Shown: piece by piece, positions 44,984 through 60,009 of the stretch
How the letters are laid out: the number at the start of each line of letters is the position of its first letter
How positions within the stretch are numbered: position 1 is the stretch's first letter
Source of the DNA: the human T2T-CHM13v2.0 reference genome, Homo sapiens
Strand: one strand, 5' to 3'
DNA length: 64,000 bases
Assembly (NCBI RefSeq): GCF_009914755.1
Contig: NC_060928.1
Notes under the pieces: generated by a model
The model's database searches: none
What the model was told of the DNA's origin: nothing
The model's input: the letters and a program-made list of their open reading frames with translations, nothing else
Program-made: the position numbers and the translations under genes

Positions 44984-46018
44984 ATGTCCACATAGGGAGG
45001 AGAATGGTTATTATTACAACACTTCATCTTCCCATTAACCCAATAATTAGCAGTTTATTTGTGAAGGAGATCATTTCTAAGGTATACGAGTTGTAACGTA
45101 TTTTCTCTCGTCTTAAATGATTGATTTGTTCTCAGATTTTCTCTCTTTTGGGGTCCCCTTTTTCTATGATTCTCATTTTCTAAATGCGTTGACCTCCACT
45201 TTACCCTACTCATAGGATTACTTTCCCTTCTTATTACTAAGATGTTTAATTTAACTATTCTTTTGTTTTAATCTGCATTTTATCTTAATTTAGTTTTTCT
45301 ATAATCCCATGACCTTTTGCTTATAACTGTTTAGTATTTAGACCAACTATTGTCCCTAATATTCTCTCAGTAAGTCTTCCTTAATTATGTCAAGTAACAT
45401 AGTGAAATTTTTAAAAGTATAACATAAATTGATAATCTAAAAATAAAGGGATTTTGAGGATTAGAATCTCTATTGTTATGTAAAAGTGTTGCCTGTTCCC
45501 ACAGGAACATATGTACAACCTATGTTCCCAAATATGCAAGTGTTTCTACTTTTAATAAACAAAGAATACTTATATAGAGTGTACATATCTATGGATGCAC
45601 ATTTATGTGGAGGCTGTAGGAATGGCAGGCCAGTTTCAACACACATGGAGTCTGAATGCATTGTTTTAAACAGTTGCTTCACTTAATTTAGCGTTAAAAT
45701 GAATTAAAGCTTCTTTTCAATTACTTAATTCATAGTTACTTATATTTTGAGAGAATTCGCCTATATTCTGAATGGAATATATTTTATATAACTGCTTTTG
45801 TATATGTGATTCTTGGCTAAACTATATTGCCAAGATGCAAAAAAAAAATGCATTTAGCTATTTCTTTTAATTTATTCATGGATATGTTTATTCATCTACC
45901 CAGCAGATATTCCCTCATTTAGTGAATGGTTGCCAGGGCCATCCAGCAGCCCAAGCCAGAACTGTGGGGAACATTGTTGCCTCCTTCCTCCCTCTGCTTC
46001 CCTCCTGATACTCAATGA

Positions 46019-46345
<327 letters not shown>

Positions 46346-46771
46346 TATTTTTGCCCTCTTAGTATCTCACATTCCTGTAGTGAATCCCTTGTCTAGGTGT
46401 CATCCTCTCTTTTCTGGACAGCTTGCAGGACTCCTGTTGGCCTCTTGCCTTTATTTTTATATCCTATCTGTTCTCCAGCTATGCTGCTTGTTGTCCGGGC
46501 TGCATACTGAATGAGAAAAGCTTCCTGGAGTTGATATTGGTGCTTCGTTTTAAAGGATGGTTTGGGCTTGGCTATGCAGTTATAACGGAAATGTATTTTA
46601 AAATGTTCTAGTAATTTATCTCTTTTAATATTTCCTTATTTAAACATAATTTTAAACCAAAATTGTATTTATGATATTTTAAAATGGAAAGGAACTATGG
46701 ATTTATGAATAGTTTAAATTTACCAACTACTAAGTTGATTCAACATCTTTTTATTTCTTTCTTTGCCCTAA

Positions 46772-47091
<320 letters not shown>

Positions 47092-47727
47092 AAGTTTATC
47101 TGTTGCTTTGGAGACTTACCTAATACAAATTATTGTGTGTCTACTTATGTTATCATTACTCTTAGTAAAATTATAAATGTGTTCCTACAGAATATGGAGA
47201 ATGGGAAGTTTTCAACCTTTGAGATATGATGGGAGCTATAGACATTAGACAGCAAAAATATTTGCAGATGGATGTGGAGTCAGCTATAAAAGTAACTATG
47301 TAATTAAAAGAATGAGAGTTTATTATAATAATTCCTCAACAATGCACAATCTAAGTGGTGTTTACACAATTCAAACACAATTTTGTATGCTAGAAGGAAC
47401 ATACATATGGATTATCTAATTTAAAATAAGATGGATCACATGATATAAGGTTTTGTAAATTTAACTTCTCAGTTGTTTTGTTTTAAATTTCTTGTGATTA
47501 GAACATTGGTATGCTTCTTTATATTAATAATTCTTTATGCTTTTACTTTCCCTAATATTATTGCAGAAGTAGTTGTATTGCTCACACATTATTACTCTCA
47601 CAAGAAACACCATTGTGAAGTTTATATTATCATGATAGCCATTTTACAGAAAACTGGGATAAAGCTTTTGAGCTTTGCATGCGATGATGTAATTAATAAG
47701 TGACAATGACAGCATTTAAACATGTCA

Positions 47728-48037
<310 letters not shown>

Positions 48038-49930
48038 TCATCTCATCCACTCACCTTGCTGTCAATGAACAGTCTAAGTAAGCATTTGGACTTAGTAGTG
48101 CCCACTTTTTTGTTTTGCTAATTTTCCTTTAGTTTTTTAAATAATAAAGTTTGACTTTTATATCTGAGAATAAATCAACAAACTCTGAAACATCTTATGT
48201 AGTAGGGGTCAGCTAGCCTGGGACAATCACATTTATTGAAGAAAATTCACAAGTAATTACCACAACTTGAATATACATGTTTCCACTTCCTGCATTATAA
48301 TCAGACACTATATTATCTGGACTTATTAATTTTTAGTGTATGTTGTATTTTGTTTAGCATGTATTTATCTTCTTAATCAGAACAGTGTTGTATGCATACA
48401 TTTATGGATTAAGTATATTTAATTTATTTAATTGTACTTGAGGAAATTCAGTACTGGCATTCTCTGTGGCTTAGTGGGGTTTTAAATTATTACAGAATTT
48501 ATTTTTAAACTGCTGTTAATTATAGGTTTGGTTTTTTTTTTATAGAAACACACTCAACTCCCAAATCATTGTTTAGCATTTAACTGATCCTACTTAGAAG
48601 CACATTGTTTGCATTAATAAAATCTGAGTACATTTTCATTTTTCTAAGACTTCTTTTAACCTTACATTTGTCAAGTGCCCTGGATGATTTATAGAACAGT
48701 GCCGATTTATGTATTCTTGACCTTGAGCTTTGTTGTCCCAAAGTTGCTTTTGTCTGCCTGTTCATCAGACTAAACATTGTTTACTCCTACTTCAAATATA
48801 TTGTGTTGTACAAACATAATACCTATTTTTCTGAATAAACATTTATATCATATCTATTTTTAGAGCTCTATGCTTTGTTTTCATATTCACTATCTTTCTT
48901 TCTTTAACACAAGCTAGAAGATCCATTTATAATTTATTGAGGAGTTGATGAGATGAGAGTTCACCTGCTGGTAGCTAAGGCCTTGTAATATGATAATAGC
49001 TCTGTTTTGATTGCAGTGTCCTTCAGAGGGAAGGAACTGTTCTTTCAAATTGTTGAGTGAAGGTTAGAAAGAGGACTGGCTGCAGTGGAGGAATTATTCT
49101 TAAGTTAAAGATACTTCAAACAGCCTAGGTTCATGGCACATTGCATCTCTTGCAAGAGCAACAGGGAAGCCCGTTGTAGAATGGTGCTGAGAACTAGCCC
49201 TGGGTGAACACAGATCCTGATGCTATGCAGCTAATAATTTGCTATTTCAAATGACTGAAAATTGGTTCCAGGGAATTAGACAAGCTTAGCAAGAGGAAAA
49301 TACACAAATTGCTTTTTTAGCAATTTCTGCTTAACCTCAACCGAGAAAAGTAAATAAATATTTACATCTTTTTGGAAAATTTGAATCTTCCATGATGTTT
49401 ATATACATATATATTTTTTCTTATTTTGAAAAAAAAGTTTATTGTTTCACATTTTGATATTACCTTTGTTGACTACTCATTAGCTATTATGTAACATTTT
49501 TTAAACTTGATATGATATTCACTTAAGCTTAGCCTCAATTTAAATCAAAAATATTAGTGAAATGTTTCACGTGGTCCCAGAGCCATATCGTCCAGGTATC
49601 ACTGGCCTGAATCTGAACATGGGTGTGCTTTAGAGGGGCTACTGGCTCCTTGGAAATGAATGAAAAAGGTTTCCATGAGGAAGAATTTTATGAATGCCAC
49701 ATTATTTCTCTTATAATCTTATTCGGTGATTCACCATAATGATGCCATTAAATATACTGGAATTCCAGTAAGGGACATAAAAATAAATTTACTTAGAAAG
49801 GAAACGTCTTCTATAAAAGACAAACATTTAGTCTTGTCTACTACCAAAAAAACCCTTCATGGCTTTGTTTATGATATTCACGTATTTTATATAAATTAAC
49901 CAATGATCTTATATATTTTTTTCCTTTCAG

Positions 49931-50046
49931 CATGTGGAGAAACTCTACAAGAATCCAATGGCAACCTTTCCTCTCCAGGATTTCCCAATGGCTACCCTTC
50001 TTACACACACTGCATCTGGAGAGTTTCTGTGACCCCAGGGGAGAAG
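49931..50046 (+). CDS. TLL1: TLL1 coding exon 9 (first part of CUB1; [39 protein letters not shown])
   Basis: ttttttcctttcag|CA ... AAG|gtagtt; 116 nt, phase 1-0; CUB pattern CG..L...G..SSP.FP..YP....C.W. Confidence 0.97.
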
Positions 50047-50692
50047 GTAGTTTATACCGTCAAGCCCACTATTTTATTCTTATATAAGTACAAAAGTTCA
50101 TCATCCTTCAAATATAAATTTGCTTTATCCTTTATTCTTGTTTGAGTTTTCAAATGGACTAAAAAGTTCAGAAAATTCATAATGGGAATTGCTTAAACTC
50201 CAGGAATTTTTTTGAAAGATATAATTTTAAACTTTTTGATGCAATAGGAGGGTTGAAATAATACAAATTATATTCTCAGACACAAATGAAATTGTGGTAA
50301 AAATCAGTATCAGAAAGACGCTTAGAAAAATCCCCATATATTTTAAGATTTAAAAATATATATCTAGATGTCCAGTTCAACCAGGAAAAAATTATAATGA
50401 AAATTGTAAACTATTTTCAACTATAATATCAGAAAAATATTGAAGACCAACCCTGTAAAATGCAAATAGAGTAGTACTTAGTTGAAAGAAAATTCACAGA
50501 CTTAAATACTACAGTAGGAAATATGAAATTCAGACCTCAAACTAATGAGCCTAGACGACCATATGAAGAGGTTAGAAAAAGAGCAATAAAATAAAAGATA
50601 TTTTAAAAGTAAATAGTAAAAGATAAAATTAATAACATGAAAATAACATATGATTGGAAGTATGAACAAAGTTGATAGTTTGAATTGATTAA

Positions 50693-51019
<327 letters not shown>

Positions 51020-51313
51020 GGCCAGGTGCGGTGGCTCACGCCTGTAATCCCAACACTTTGGGAGGCTGAGGAGGGTGGATCACCTGAGATTAGGAGTTTG
51101 AGACCAGCCTGGCCAACATGGTGAAGCCCCATCTCTACAAAAAATACAAAAATTAGCTGGGCATGTTGGCATGTGCCTGTAATCCCAGCTTCTCGAGAGG
51201 ATGAGGCAGGATAATTGCTTGAACCTAGTAGGCGGAGGTTGCGGCGAGCCGAGATGGCGCCGTTGCACTGCAGCCTGGACGATAAGAGCGAAACTCTGTC
51301 TCAAAAAAAAAAA
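51020..51313 (+). mobile_element. AluS inserted in the tail of the preceding Alu
   Basis: Inner TSD acaaaaacaa at 51010-51019 and 51317-51326. Confidence 0.92.
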
Positions 51314-51570
51314 TAGACAAAAACAAACCCCAAGGAAATAGATGAAAACATGTCTGATCAAGAAAGATGAAGAATAATAGAGAAAGCACAATTATCTAAC
51401 ATTTGGGAAAAAAATTTAAAAGATTGTTAGAACCATAGAGTCTTTAGACAACAAAATGAGAGTAAAAGAATCTTTTGAACATTATATCAATAACTTAAAA
51501 ACAATGAGTAAAATGGGCAAATTTCTATAAAATGTTACAACTCAGTTCTTATTCAAGAAGAAATTAAAAA

Positions 51571-51902
51571 GTATTCACAATAGCAAAAACATGGAATCAA
51601 GCTAGATGCCCGTCGATGGTGGATGGGATAAAGAAAATGTGGTACACATACACCATGGAATATTATGCAGCCGTAAAAAAGAATGAACTCATGTCCTTGT
51701 AGCAACATAGATGGAGCTAAAAGGCCATAATCCTAAGTGAATCAATGCAGGGACAGAAATTTAAATACCACAAGTTCTCATTTATAAGTGGGAGCTAAAC
51801 ATTGAGCACCCATAGACACAAACATGGGAGTAATAGACACTGAAGACTACTAGATGGGGGAGCCTGAAAAGGGGGAATGGGTTGAAAAACGACCTATGGG
51901 TA
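51571..51902 (+). mobile_element. Old primate L1 3' fragment
   Basis: tattcacaatagcaaaaacatggaatcaa...ataagtgggagctaaacattgag...gttgaaaaacgaccta. Confidence 0.88.
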
Positions 51903-53502
51903 GTTTGTACTTTGTCTTTGATTCTTATTTACCTGGAAGAACTTAAGTACTCTCATTAGCCGTGGTGGGAATGCAATTGCAATTTTTTTAAAAGTTTGAT
52001 GTTCTTGATGATAACTGAATGGTATTAGGAGATAATCATGGGTATGGAGTTGTCCAGGATTTTGTAATATTCGCAGTGGAAACTCTAAATGAAATACTCA
52101 TGTAACATAAATAATTTTTAGGTGCAAAAAGTTACAACTGACTTGGAATACATGAATGCATGCATAGTTCTTGATATAATTTAAAAATTATAAGTGTTGT
52201 AATATGATCATAGGTGTTGATCGATTTTTATTTAAGTTCTTTTAACAAGAGCCAGAAAATATATTCTGAAGGTCATTCTTACTACAACACTGAAAAGTGA
52301 ACTTTAAAAGATACAAATTTTGAGAACAAGTTTAAAGTATACATGATTTTAAAAAGAAAACCTCATAGAATATGAAAAGTTTGGGAACAAGGTTAATCAA
52401 ATTAAATTGTTTCATAACAGCAAGTTAATATCTGGGAAAAACATTTCTCCTGTCCAATTCCAAAACTCTCGCCATTAGCATTGAGCTAATTTATTTTTCT
52501 TGTATGTATGATTATCTATAAAACTATATTTCCAAAAATGTTGTAAATAGGAAGAAAAAATCTATCATCTATTATTTTTCTTAATATTATTTATGACGAT
52601 TAGCAAATAAATTGGAGTGTTATAAGAAGCCAGTGAACAATTTTAACTCATTATAATCCTCGTGTCTTTATTATTTTCTTATTTTCTTTCTCCTAATATT
52701 TGGTTTCATTCTGCTGGGTTTTTTTTCTTACTTCTTGAGCTGGGAATTTAACTCATTAATTTCAAGCATCTTTTCTTTTCCAAAGCAGACACTGAAGGCT
52801 GTAATTTTCCCCTCAGAAATACTTTACCTGAATTCCACCAGCTCAAAATAGAGGATTTGTTATGTTTCAATTCTACTTTTTTCTATTGTTATTATTTCTT
52901 CTTAACCCACATATTTTTTCAGTAATGTGTTTTTCTTCTTTGCAAACATTGTTTCTTCAATCATCCTTTTCCTATTTATCTCTCCTTGAGTCACCTTTAG
53001 GTAAAGCACTATCTTTGTGTGTCAGTCTTTGCAATAGCTTCAGGCTGATATGACCTTGGAAGTGACTAGTATTCATAAGACTAATCTTTGCTTTAAAAAT
53101 ATGTTTTGTGCAATGGTTGGGTGCATCATCTTAATTGTGATGCTCATAGATTCTCTATATTATTGTTTTATCTGTTTATCAGATATTTACAAATATTTGT
53201 CACTATGGTAGATTTGTTAATTGCTCTTCATAGCCTTGTTAATTTTTGTTTTATATATGTTTATGCTATATCATTTTATACACATGTTTACAACATTTTA
53301 TCCCCCTGATGTATTAAACTATTATCACTGTATAATGAATTTCTTTATTTCTAGAGATGGTTTGGGTTAAAACTCTATTTCGTCTATTATTAATAAAGCT
53401 ACACTTATATTTTGATTAATATATTTGCCAGGTATATCTTTGTCCTGTTCTAGACATCTAGACATTCAATAATTTCCAACCTTTTGTTTCAGGTATCCAA
53501 TT

Positions 53503-53703
53503 CAGTTTATTTTTATTTAATCAGTGGATGGCAGGTTTTGTCTTTAATTATAGTGCTTATTTTAATTCTATTTATTGTGACTATTGGTGTGTTTTAGACA
53601 GTATACAGTCCAGTTTATTTTTCGTTTAACCCATGATGGCAGGTTTTGTCTTTAATTAGAGTGCTCATTGCAGTTCTATTTATTGTGACTATTGGTGTGT
53701 TTT
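53503..53703. repeat. Diverged tandem duplication, period about 108 bp
   Basis: cagtttattttt...gatggcaggttttgtctttaatta...ctatttattgtgactattggtgtgtttt starts at both 53503 and 53611. Confidence 0.9.
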
Positions 53704-53902
53704 TATTTCTTATTTGCATTTTAATACATCCCTTTTTTTGTTCTCCCCCTTTGCCTTCTTATGCATTGAATTATGTTTTTTTATCATTTCGTATTTTTCT
53801 CTCTACTGGTTTGAAAGTTTTAAATGTATACTCTATCATTTGGTACTCTCTACCAGCTTTCTTTCTTAATCAAATTATATTTAATTTGTATCTTTAGCCT
53901 CT

Positions 53903-53947
53903 TCCCATTCAAAAAAGGATCTTATCCCAATTCAAAAAAGGATCTTA
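53903..53947. repeat. 22/23-bp tandem duplication
   Basis: tccca(a)ttcaaaaaaggatctta twice. Confidence 0.9.
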
Positions 53948-54089
53948 AAACATATAAGATTATTCGCTTTTTATAAGATATTGCTTTGCATATTTGTTGA
54001 TACCTTTTTTTAATCAAGCAAATGAGACACTATTGTCTTTTGCACTTAACATTAGTTTTACATGTGCAAATGCTACCATGGATTTTTGT

Positions 54090-55345
54090 TATTTATTGTG
54101 GTAAAATAAACTATAATATTATTGTGGTAAAAACTACATAGCATAAAATTTACCATCTTAACCATTTTTAGGTGTACAGTTCAGTATGTTAAGTATATTC
54201 ACTTTGTTGTGAAACAGATCTCCAGAACTTTTTCATCTCGCAAAACTGCAACCCTATACTCATTAAACCCAACAAATCCCTTTTCCTTCCATCCCTTTGT
54301 GCCTGGCAATCATCATTCTACTTTCTGTTTCCATGAATTTGAGAAACTTCATATGATTGGAAGCATAGAGTATTTGTCCCTTTGTGACTGGACTATCTCA
54401 CTTAGCATAATGCCCTCAAGATTCATCCATGTGACATGATTTATTTTTTATGCCTGAATAATATTCCATTGTATGAATACACATTTTCTTTATCCTTTCA
54501 TTCATTGGTAGACATTTAGGTTGCTTCTACCTCTTGGCTATTGTGAATAGTGCTGATATGAACCTGGGATTGCAAATATCTCTCAGAGACCTTGTTTTCA
54601 AGTATTTTGATTATCTATCCAGAAGTGAGGTTGCTGGATCATATGGTAGTTCTATGTTTAATTTTTTAAATAACCTTTATACTGTTTTCCATAGTATTTG
54701 CATTATTTCACAGTCCTCACTAAGACTGCAAAAGGGTTCCAATTTCTGTCCATCCTCACCAACACTTGTTATTTTCTGTTGTTTTGATAGTAGCCATCCT
54801 ACTGGGTGTCAGGTGATATCTCATTGTGATTTTGATTTGAATTTTTCTGATGACTAGTGAACATCTTCTAGTGATAACTTGGGCATCTTTTTGTATGCTT
54901 AATAGCCATTTGTATATCGTCCTTGTAGAAATATTTATTCAAGTCTTTTGCCTATGTTTAAATCAGATTATTTGATTTTGTCTTTCAACTGTAGAAGTTT
55001 TTATATATTCTGGTTATTAAGCACTGATTAGAGATATGATTTGCATATATTTTCTCCTCCTTCACAGGTTGTATTTTCACTCTGTTGATTGTGTCTTCTG
55101 ATGAACACAAATTATAAAGTTTGATGTCATACCACTTGTCTACTTTTAGTTTTATTGCCTGTGCTTTTGGTGTCATAGCCAAGAAATCATGGCCATATGT
55201 AATGACATGAAGTTTTTACCCTGTGTTTTCTTCTATGAGTTCTATAGTTTTACAGTCTTATATGTAGGTTTTTAATCAATATTGTGTTAATAGAAACCAT
55301 TCTTGTACATGTGGATATCCAGTTTCTTCAACACCATTTGTTAAA
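54090..55345 (-). mobile_element. L1MB-like LINE 3' portion, antisense to TLL1; hosts the alternative terminal exon acceptor
   Basis: ttaccatcttaaccatttttaggtgtacagttcagt, gttgctggatcatatggtagttctat; ORF 54985..55182(-) resembles L1 ORF2 (MTPKAQA.K.K.DKW..IKL). Confidence 0.9.
55068..55088 (+). CDS. TLL1: Coding part of an alternative terminal exon of a short TLL1 isoform (VVFSLC-stop)
   Basis: Acceptor tttctcctccttcacag|GTT GTA TTT TCA CTC TGT TGA is phase 0 and fits the exon 9 donor. VVFSLC matches the short-isoform C-terminus as I recall it (not verified here). Confidence 0.8.
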   Translation, partial: VVFSLC

Positions 55346-55554
55346 GATTTACTAAATGTTTTTATTCAGCATTCCTGCTCATGTTTCTGACTTCTATTAT
55401 GGCTTATTTTGGTCCTGCCTATAGCTTACATTATAGATTATTTTTTAAATTAGCGTTTTTGTTTTTTTCTGTTTGAAAATGTGGATTTTTTACATGAATT
55501 TATAAAACTATAGTTTCACTGGATATAGTTGGCTGCACATTTAACTTTGTTTTA

Positions 55555-55560
55555 AATAAA
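55555..55560 (+). terminator. AATAAA poly(A) signal, candidate end of the alternative terminal exon
   Basis: First canonical AATAAA I found after the TGA at 55086-55088. CA dinucleotides follow about 20-25 nt later, then U-rich sequence; ATTAAA at 55612-55617. Confidence 0.6.
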
Positions 55561-55978
55561 AGCTTGCAAAAATACCTTCATTTCAAACATTTTTAATGTA
55601 CGATTTTGCACATTAAAGTTATCAAAAGTGATTTAACAAGCACTAAAAATTTAATAAGTTAATACCCATGTAAAATGAATGAACAAAGAATTACTCATAA
55701 AATGAAGCTGCTTAAGATGATTTCTGAAGGCAGTTTTCCCAAATTCTTGGATACCTCTCATGTAACAAAATGTATCTTAAACGTATTATAAATCAATGTG
55801 AAGTCCATTTATTTATTTTTTAAACAAGTAAAATTCTGAAAGGCACACCTCATACAATCCAAAAAAATAGAACTATGTACGGCTTATTATATGAATATAA
55901 ACACATGACTGTTATATAAATAAGTTAAATCAAGATGTATCATTTATAAATTTTATAAATTATGGCGATTGCAAGGTC

Positions 55979-56282
55979 TTTTTTTTTTTTTTTTTTTTTT
56001 TGACATGGAGCCTTGCTGTGTTGCCCAGACTGGAGTGTAATGGCATGATCTCGGCTCACTGCAACTTTCACTTCTCAGTTCAAGCAATTCTTGTGCCTCA
56101 GCCTCTTGAGTAGCTGGAATTACAGGCATGCACCACCTCACGTGGCTAATTTTTGTATTTTTAGTAGGGACAGGGTTTCACCATGTTGCCCAGGCTGGTC
56201 TTGAACTTTTGAGCTCAAGTGATCTACCTGCCTCAGCCTCCCAAAGTTCTGGGCTTACAGGCATGAGCCACTATGCCCGGCT
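55979..56282 (-). mobile_element. Alu (AluJb/S-like)
   Basis: T23 tail followed by a full antisense dimer. Confidence 0.94.
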
Positions 56283-56489
56283 TTAAGTTTTTTTGATTCC
56301 AATAATATGAGTTTATTTCAATGTTATAAAATATGTTAATTTGAAAAGTAATAGGTCAAAATTTAGCAAAAACCTGTCTCAAAATTTCCACAAATACTGA
56401 ATGAATTAGAATTCAACGTATAATGATAAACAATTGAATAAATAGGAGTAGAAGGAATTTTTTAAAAATACAATAAATAGAAAAAACCT

Positions 56490-56660
56490 AGTATTTCTTG
56501 AGTGCCTACACTACACTAGGTGCTGTGCCAAGCTTCTCTAATCTTCTCAGCACCCTACTGACATTAGTACTAGAATTATCTTCATATTACAAAGAAATTG
56601 AAGTTGAGAAAGGATTGAGTAACTTATCTAACGTCACACATGTGGCATCTGACATTTGCC
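56490..56660 (-). mobile_element. MIR
   Basis: ttgagtgccta...aatcttctcagcaccct...agtaacttatctaacgtcacac. Confidence 0.65.
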
Positions 56661-56859
56661 AGAGCTAATTATTAAATTTTTCTTTAGTTATAGAGAATGT
56701 GTTTTTTCTTTTCTCTAAAATCAAAATAATCAACCAAAATTTAAGCAAGACTAGAGATATTCAAATAAAAACAAATATATTAAAATATAACATATTTTAG
56801 AAAACTAGAAACTTTACTGTGGGACTAAAATAAGCAGAATAACATGTCATGAACCGAAA

Positions 56860-58287
56860 TGTAAAAGTGTAGTATTACAAATTATCAGTTCTTGTCAAAT
56901 TAACGTATAGTAATTCCAAATTAAATTCCAATAGATTTTTGTTTTGTACCAGACCAAATTTTTCTAGAGTTTATCTTAAAAATAAAATAGTTGGCAAATT
57001 CACAAACAATGGTAATATGGGGGAGTGGGTTGCACTATAAGATAGAAAAACATTATGAAGCCTCAGTAATTCAAATTCTGTGGCAATGTCAAAAAGTCTT
57101 CTGTATCAATGGACAAACTAAAAAGACCAGAATTATGCCTGAGGGCATAGAAGACTTCTGTCATATACTTGTAAGGATCATTTTTCAAATAAATTGGGAA
57201 AATGGATTTTCTCAGTAAATAATACTTAAATCATTTTAAAGGATATGTGAAAAAATTAAACAAGTTCTACTTCATATTGCATAGTTTTCTAAAGAAAACA
57301 ATGCTTTATTTGCTTTCTGAAAAAGATTATGTTGAATACATGAGTTGAAAATAAGAAAATTTAAAATAACTTGTTCAGATTATCCACGTAAAGTTGTTTT
57401 TATAAAAATACAAAAAGCACAAATAAAAATGAAAACGGAGACTATTATAACACATAAGGATGAGGGACCATTGGGTCATTCATATGTAAAGAGCTGTTAT
57501 AAACTGATAACTAAAGATTCACCCCACAGCAGAAAATGCCTGAGAAAGTAGAAAATTTAGTGAAGTATCAATGCAAGTAGATATTCAATGAATATATGAA
57601 ATTCTTTAATCTTATTCTTTATCAGAGAAATGCTATTTGAACTAACAATAATTTGTCATATTTCACCTGTAATATTGGTAAAGATAGAATTGAATGTTAA
57701 TATCAAGTGATCATAAAGATACGCAACTCCTGAAAGTAGAAATTAAAATAACCTTTTAGAAGCACATTGGGTAATTTGTATTACACTTTACAAAATGTAC
57801 CTGCGCTTTTGCCCAGATATTTATCCTAGAACAATTATCTGAGTGTGTGCAAAGGCAACTGTTTATTATAATAGTGAAAGTTGGAAACAAAATAAATTTT
57901 GAAAACTTAAAGAAAACTCTGATTTGAGAAAATGTTTACAATATATTATGAAATATTTAAGGCAAATCAAAAGTTAGTGGTATGAGAAGTTCTGTAATTT
58001 AAATTATGTACATTAGAGACAAATTTATGGAAGAATATATAAGAAAATGATGCTTATTTCTACCTGCTGAGTTTGCAAATAGTTTTTATGTCTTCTTTGT
58101 TCCTTTAAAAAATTACCAGCAATAAGCATATGTTATTTTGGGCAAGAGAAAAATATTGTCTTTAAAAAATACAGTCATTGTAGGACAATGATGTGAATGT
58201 ACTTAATGCACAGAACTGTATACATAAGTATGGTTAAAATGGTAACTTTTACATTGTGCACACATATTATACCACAATTTAAAAATA
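56860..58287 (+). mobile_element. Ancient L1M fragments ending in an L1MB/ME-type 3' end
   Basis: cttatcagagaaatgc; tgtgaatgtacttaatgc...gttaaaatggtaa...accacaatttaaaaa. Confidence 0.6.
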
Positions 58288-59367
58288 AGGGTTTCAGTTC
58301 ACATGCATATCTTTCTTAGATTGAGACTCTCAAAGTACAGAGGGATTTCTGTTCAATCTAAGGTTATCCTTGATGTTGCATGGTTCATGCTGGCAACAAT
58401 CCAAAATGTGCAGCGAAGAGGGTAGCTGTGTTGAGCTGATAGAAGCGCATGGTATTGATTCTTGCATCCCTTAGAATTGACTAACCTTTGAACAAGGGCA
58501 GATTGCTTATGTCTTGAATGGACTTAATATTTTCTATTTTCCTATATAACCCATTTAGAAGCTATTGACTATTTTTTGCAGATATTTCTTTTTAATCACT
58601 CATCTATGATTTACACATATGGAGTGAATTCGCAGTAGTGTATTTATATTGCCAAAGACATTGCTTAAATTTAGCAATTACTATTAAATTATTCTATTAA
58701 AATAGATGTATCTTTTGATGTGTGAAATAAATTATTGCTATTATAAACTTATAACCTAGTAATATAATGGTTAAACTTTGAAAAATAACTGAAAAAAGAA
58801 AATACAATTTATCATGGACTTTAGGAAAGCTCAGATCTTGTTGGAAGATCCATGCATGACTGAAGAGATGGTAGCATTCAATAAAGATTTTGAGCGATAT
58901 GAAGAATTTCAAGGAACAAGGAAGGGGAAAGTAGAGTCCACATAGAATTATGTTCACTTTAAGTAAAGGAATGGGAATAGAGCTGAGATTGGAATACTTT
59001 GTCAGAGCACAATAGCAAGCAGTTAGGGATGAGTGGGATGAAGTTTATGTGCTTGAGATAATGAAAGATGAGGCAGCAAAATTGGGTTATGACTAGAGTC
59101 ATTGATTCCAAAACCTTGATGGGAAGCAAACTCTATTGAGATTACTATGGCCATAAAGTGTAGGATGAAATGGAGAAGAGTAAAATTAAAAGCCAAAGCA
59201 CATCTTGTGAAACTATTACATTATATTCAGAAAAGAAGTATAGCCAGCATTGACATGAAAAAGGAAAAAGAAGTGGAGGAGTATTTTTAGGGATATTATA
59301 GAATATCACCTATAGGATTTGACAATTAACTAGATGTAGGGGTGTAGTGGGAATTTAGGAAAGAGAA

Positions 59368-59742
59368 GTCTGAGTCCATTAATGCCTCTATAACAAAGCT
59401 CCTCAGACTGAGTAATTTGTGGACAATAGAAATTTATTTCTCACTCTCAGAGGTAGAAGCTGGGAAGCCCAAGGTCAAGGTGCCTGTAGATTCAGGTATC
59501 TGGTTAGTTCTCATTCTCTGCTTCTTCTTGCATTCTCACTTGGCTGAAGGGTTGGAAGGGACAAAGGGATAAAATGATGAACCTGTTTCCTCAAGCCCTT
59601 TTATCAGGGCACTAATCTCATTTCTAAGGGCAGAGCCCTCCCGGCTTAATCAGCTTCCAGTGGTCACTTCTTAATACTATCACTTTGAAATTTAATTTCC
59701 AACATATGAATTTTGGAGGGACATACACACTCAAACCATAGC
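59368..59742 (-). mobile_element. MSTD/MLT1A-like MaLR solo LTR within L2-like sequence
   Basis: gtctgagtccatt...cagactgagtaattt...gctgggaagcccaaggtcaagg...ttttggagggaca...caaaccatagc. Confidence 0.85.
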
Positions 59743-60009
59743 GAGAGGTGTAAAAAATGTTCTGATGACTAGTGAGTGATGATTCATCAAAATTTCAAAG
59801 TCAGATGTTATCACATAGGTTTAAGCAGAAAAGTTATTTTAATAGAATAATTCAGCTCTTGGTTTCCACCTGTCATCAAACTGATGTTTGTATGTTTCAG
59901 AGCATAGATGGAATAAGGAAATGGAGTAATACCTTATTTTATATATTTTTTCAGGGTTTATATTGTGAGGAATGTCTGAATATATACCATGAAAATAATA
60001 ATACATAAG

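Noticed and set aside
49755-49770. Perfect 16-bp palindrome tactggaattccagta upstream of exon 9
   Set aside because: About one such palindrome is expected by chance in 64 kb (64000/4^8), more in AT-rich DNA.
50047-50145. Exon 9 read-through ORF (VVYTVKPT...FILV*) as the source of the short isoform
   Set aside because: No poly(A) signal close to the stop; the spliced exon at 55068 explains a short isoform better.
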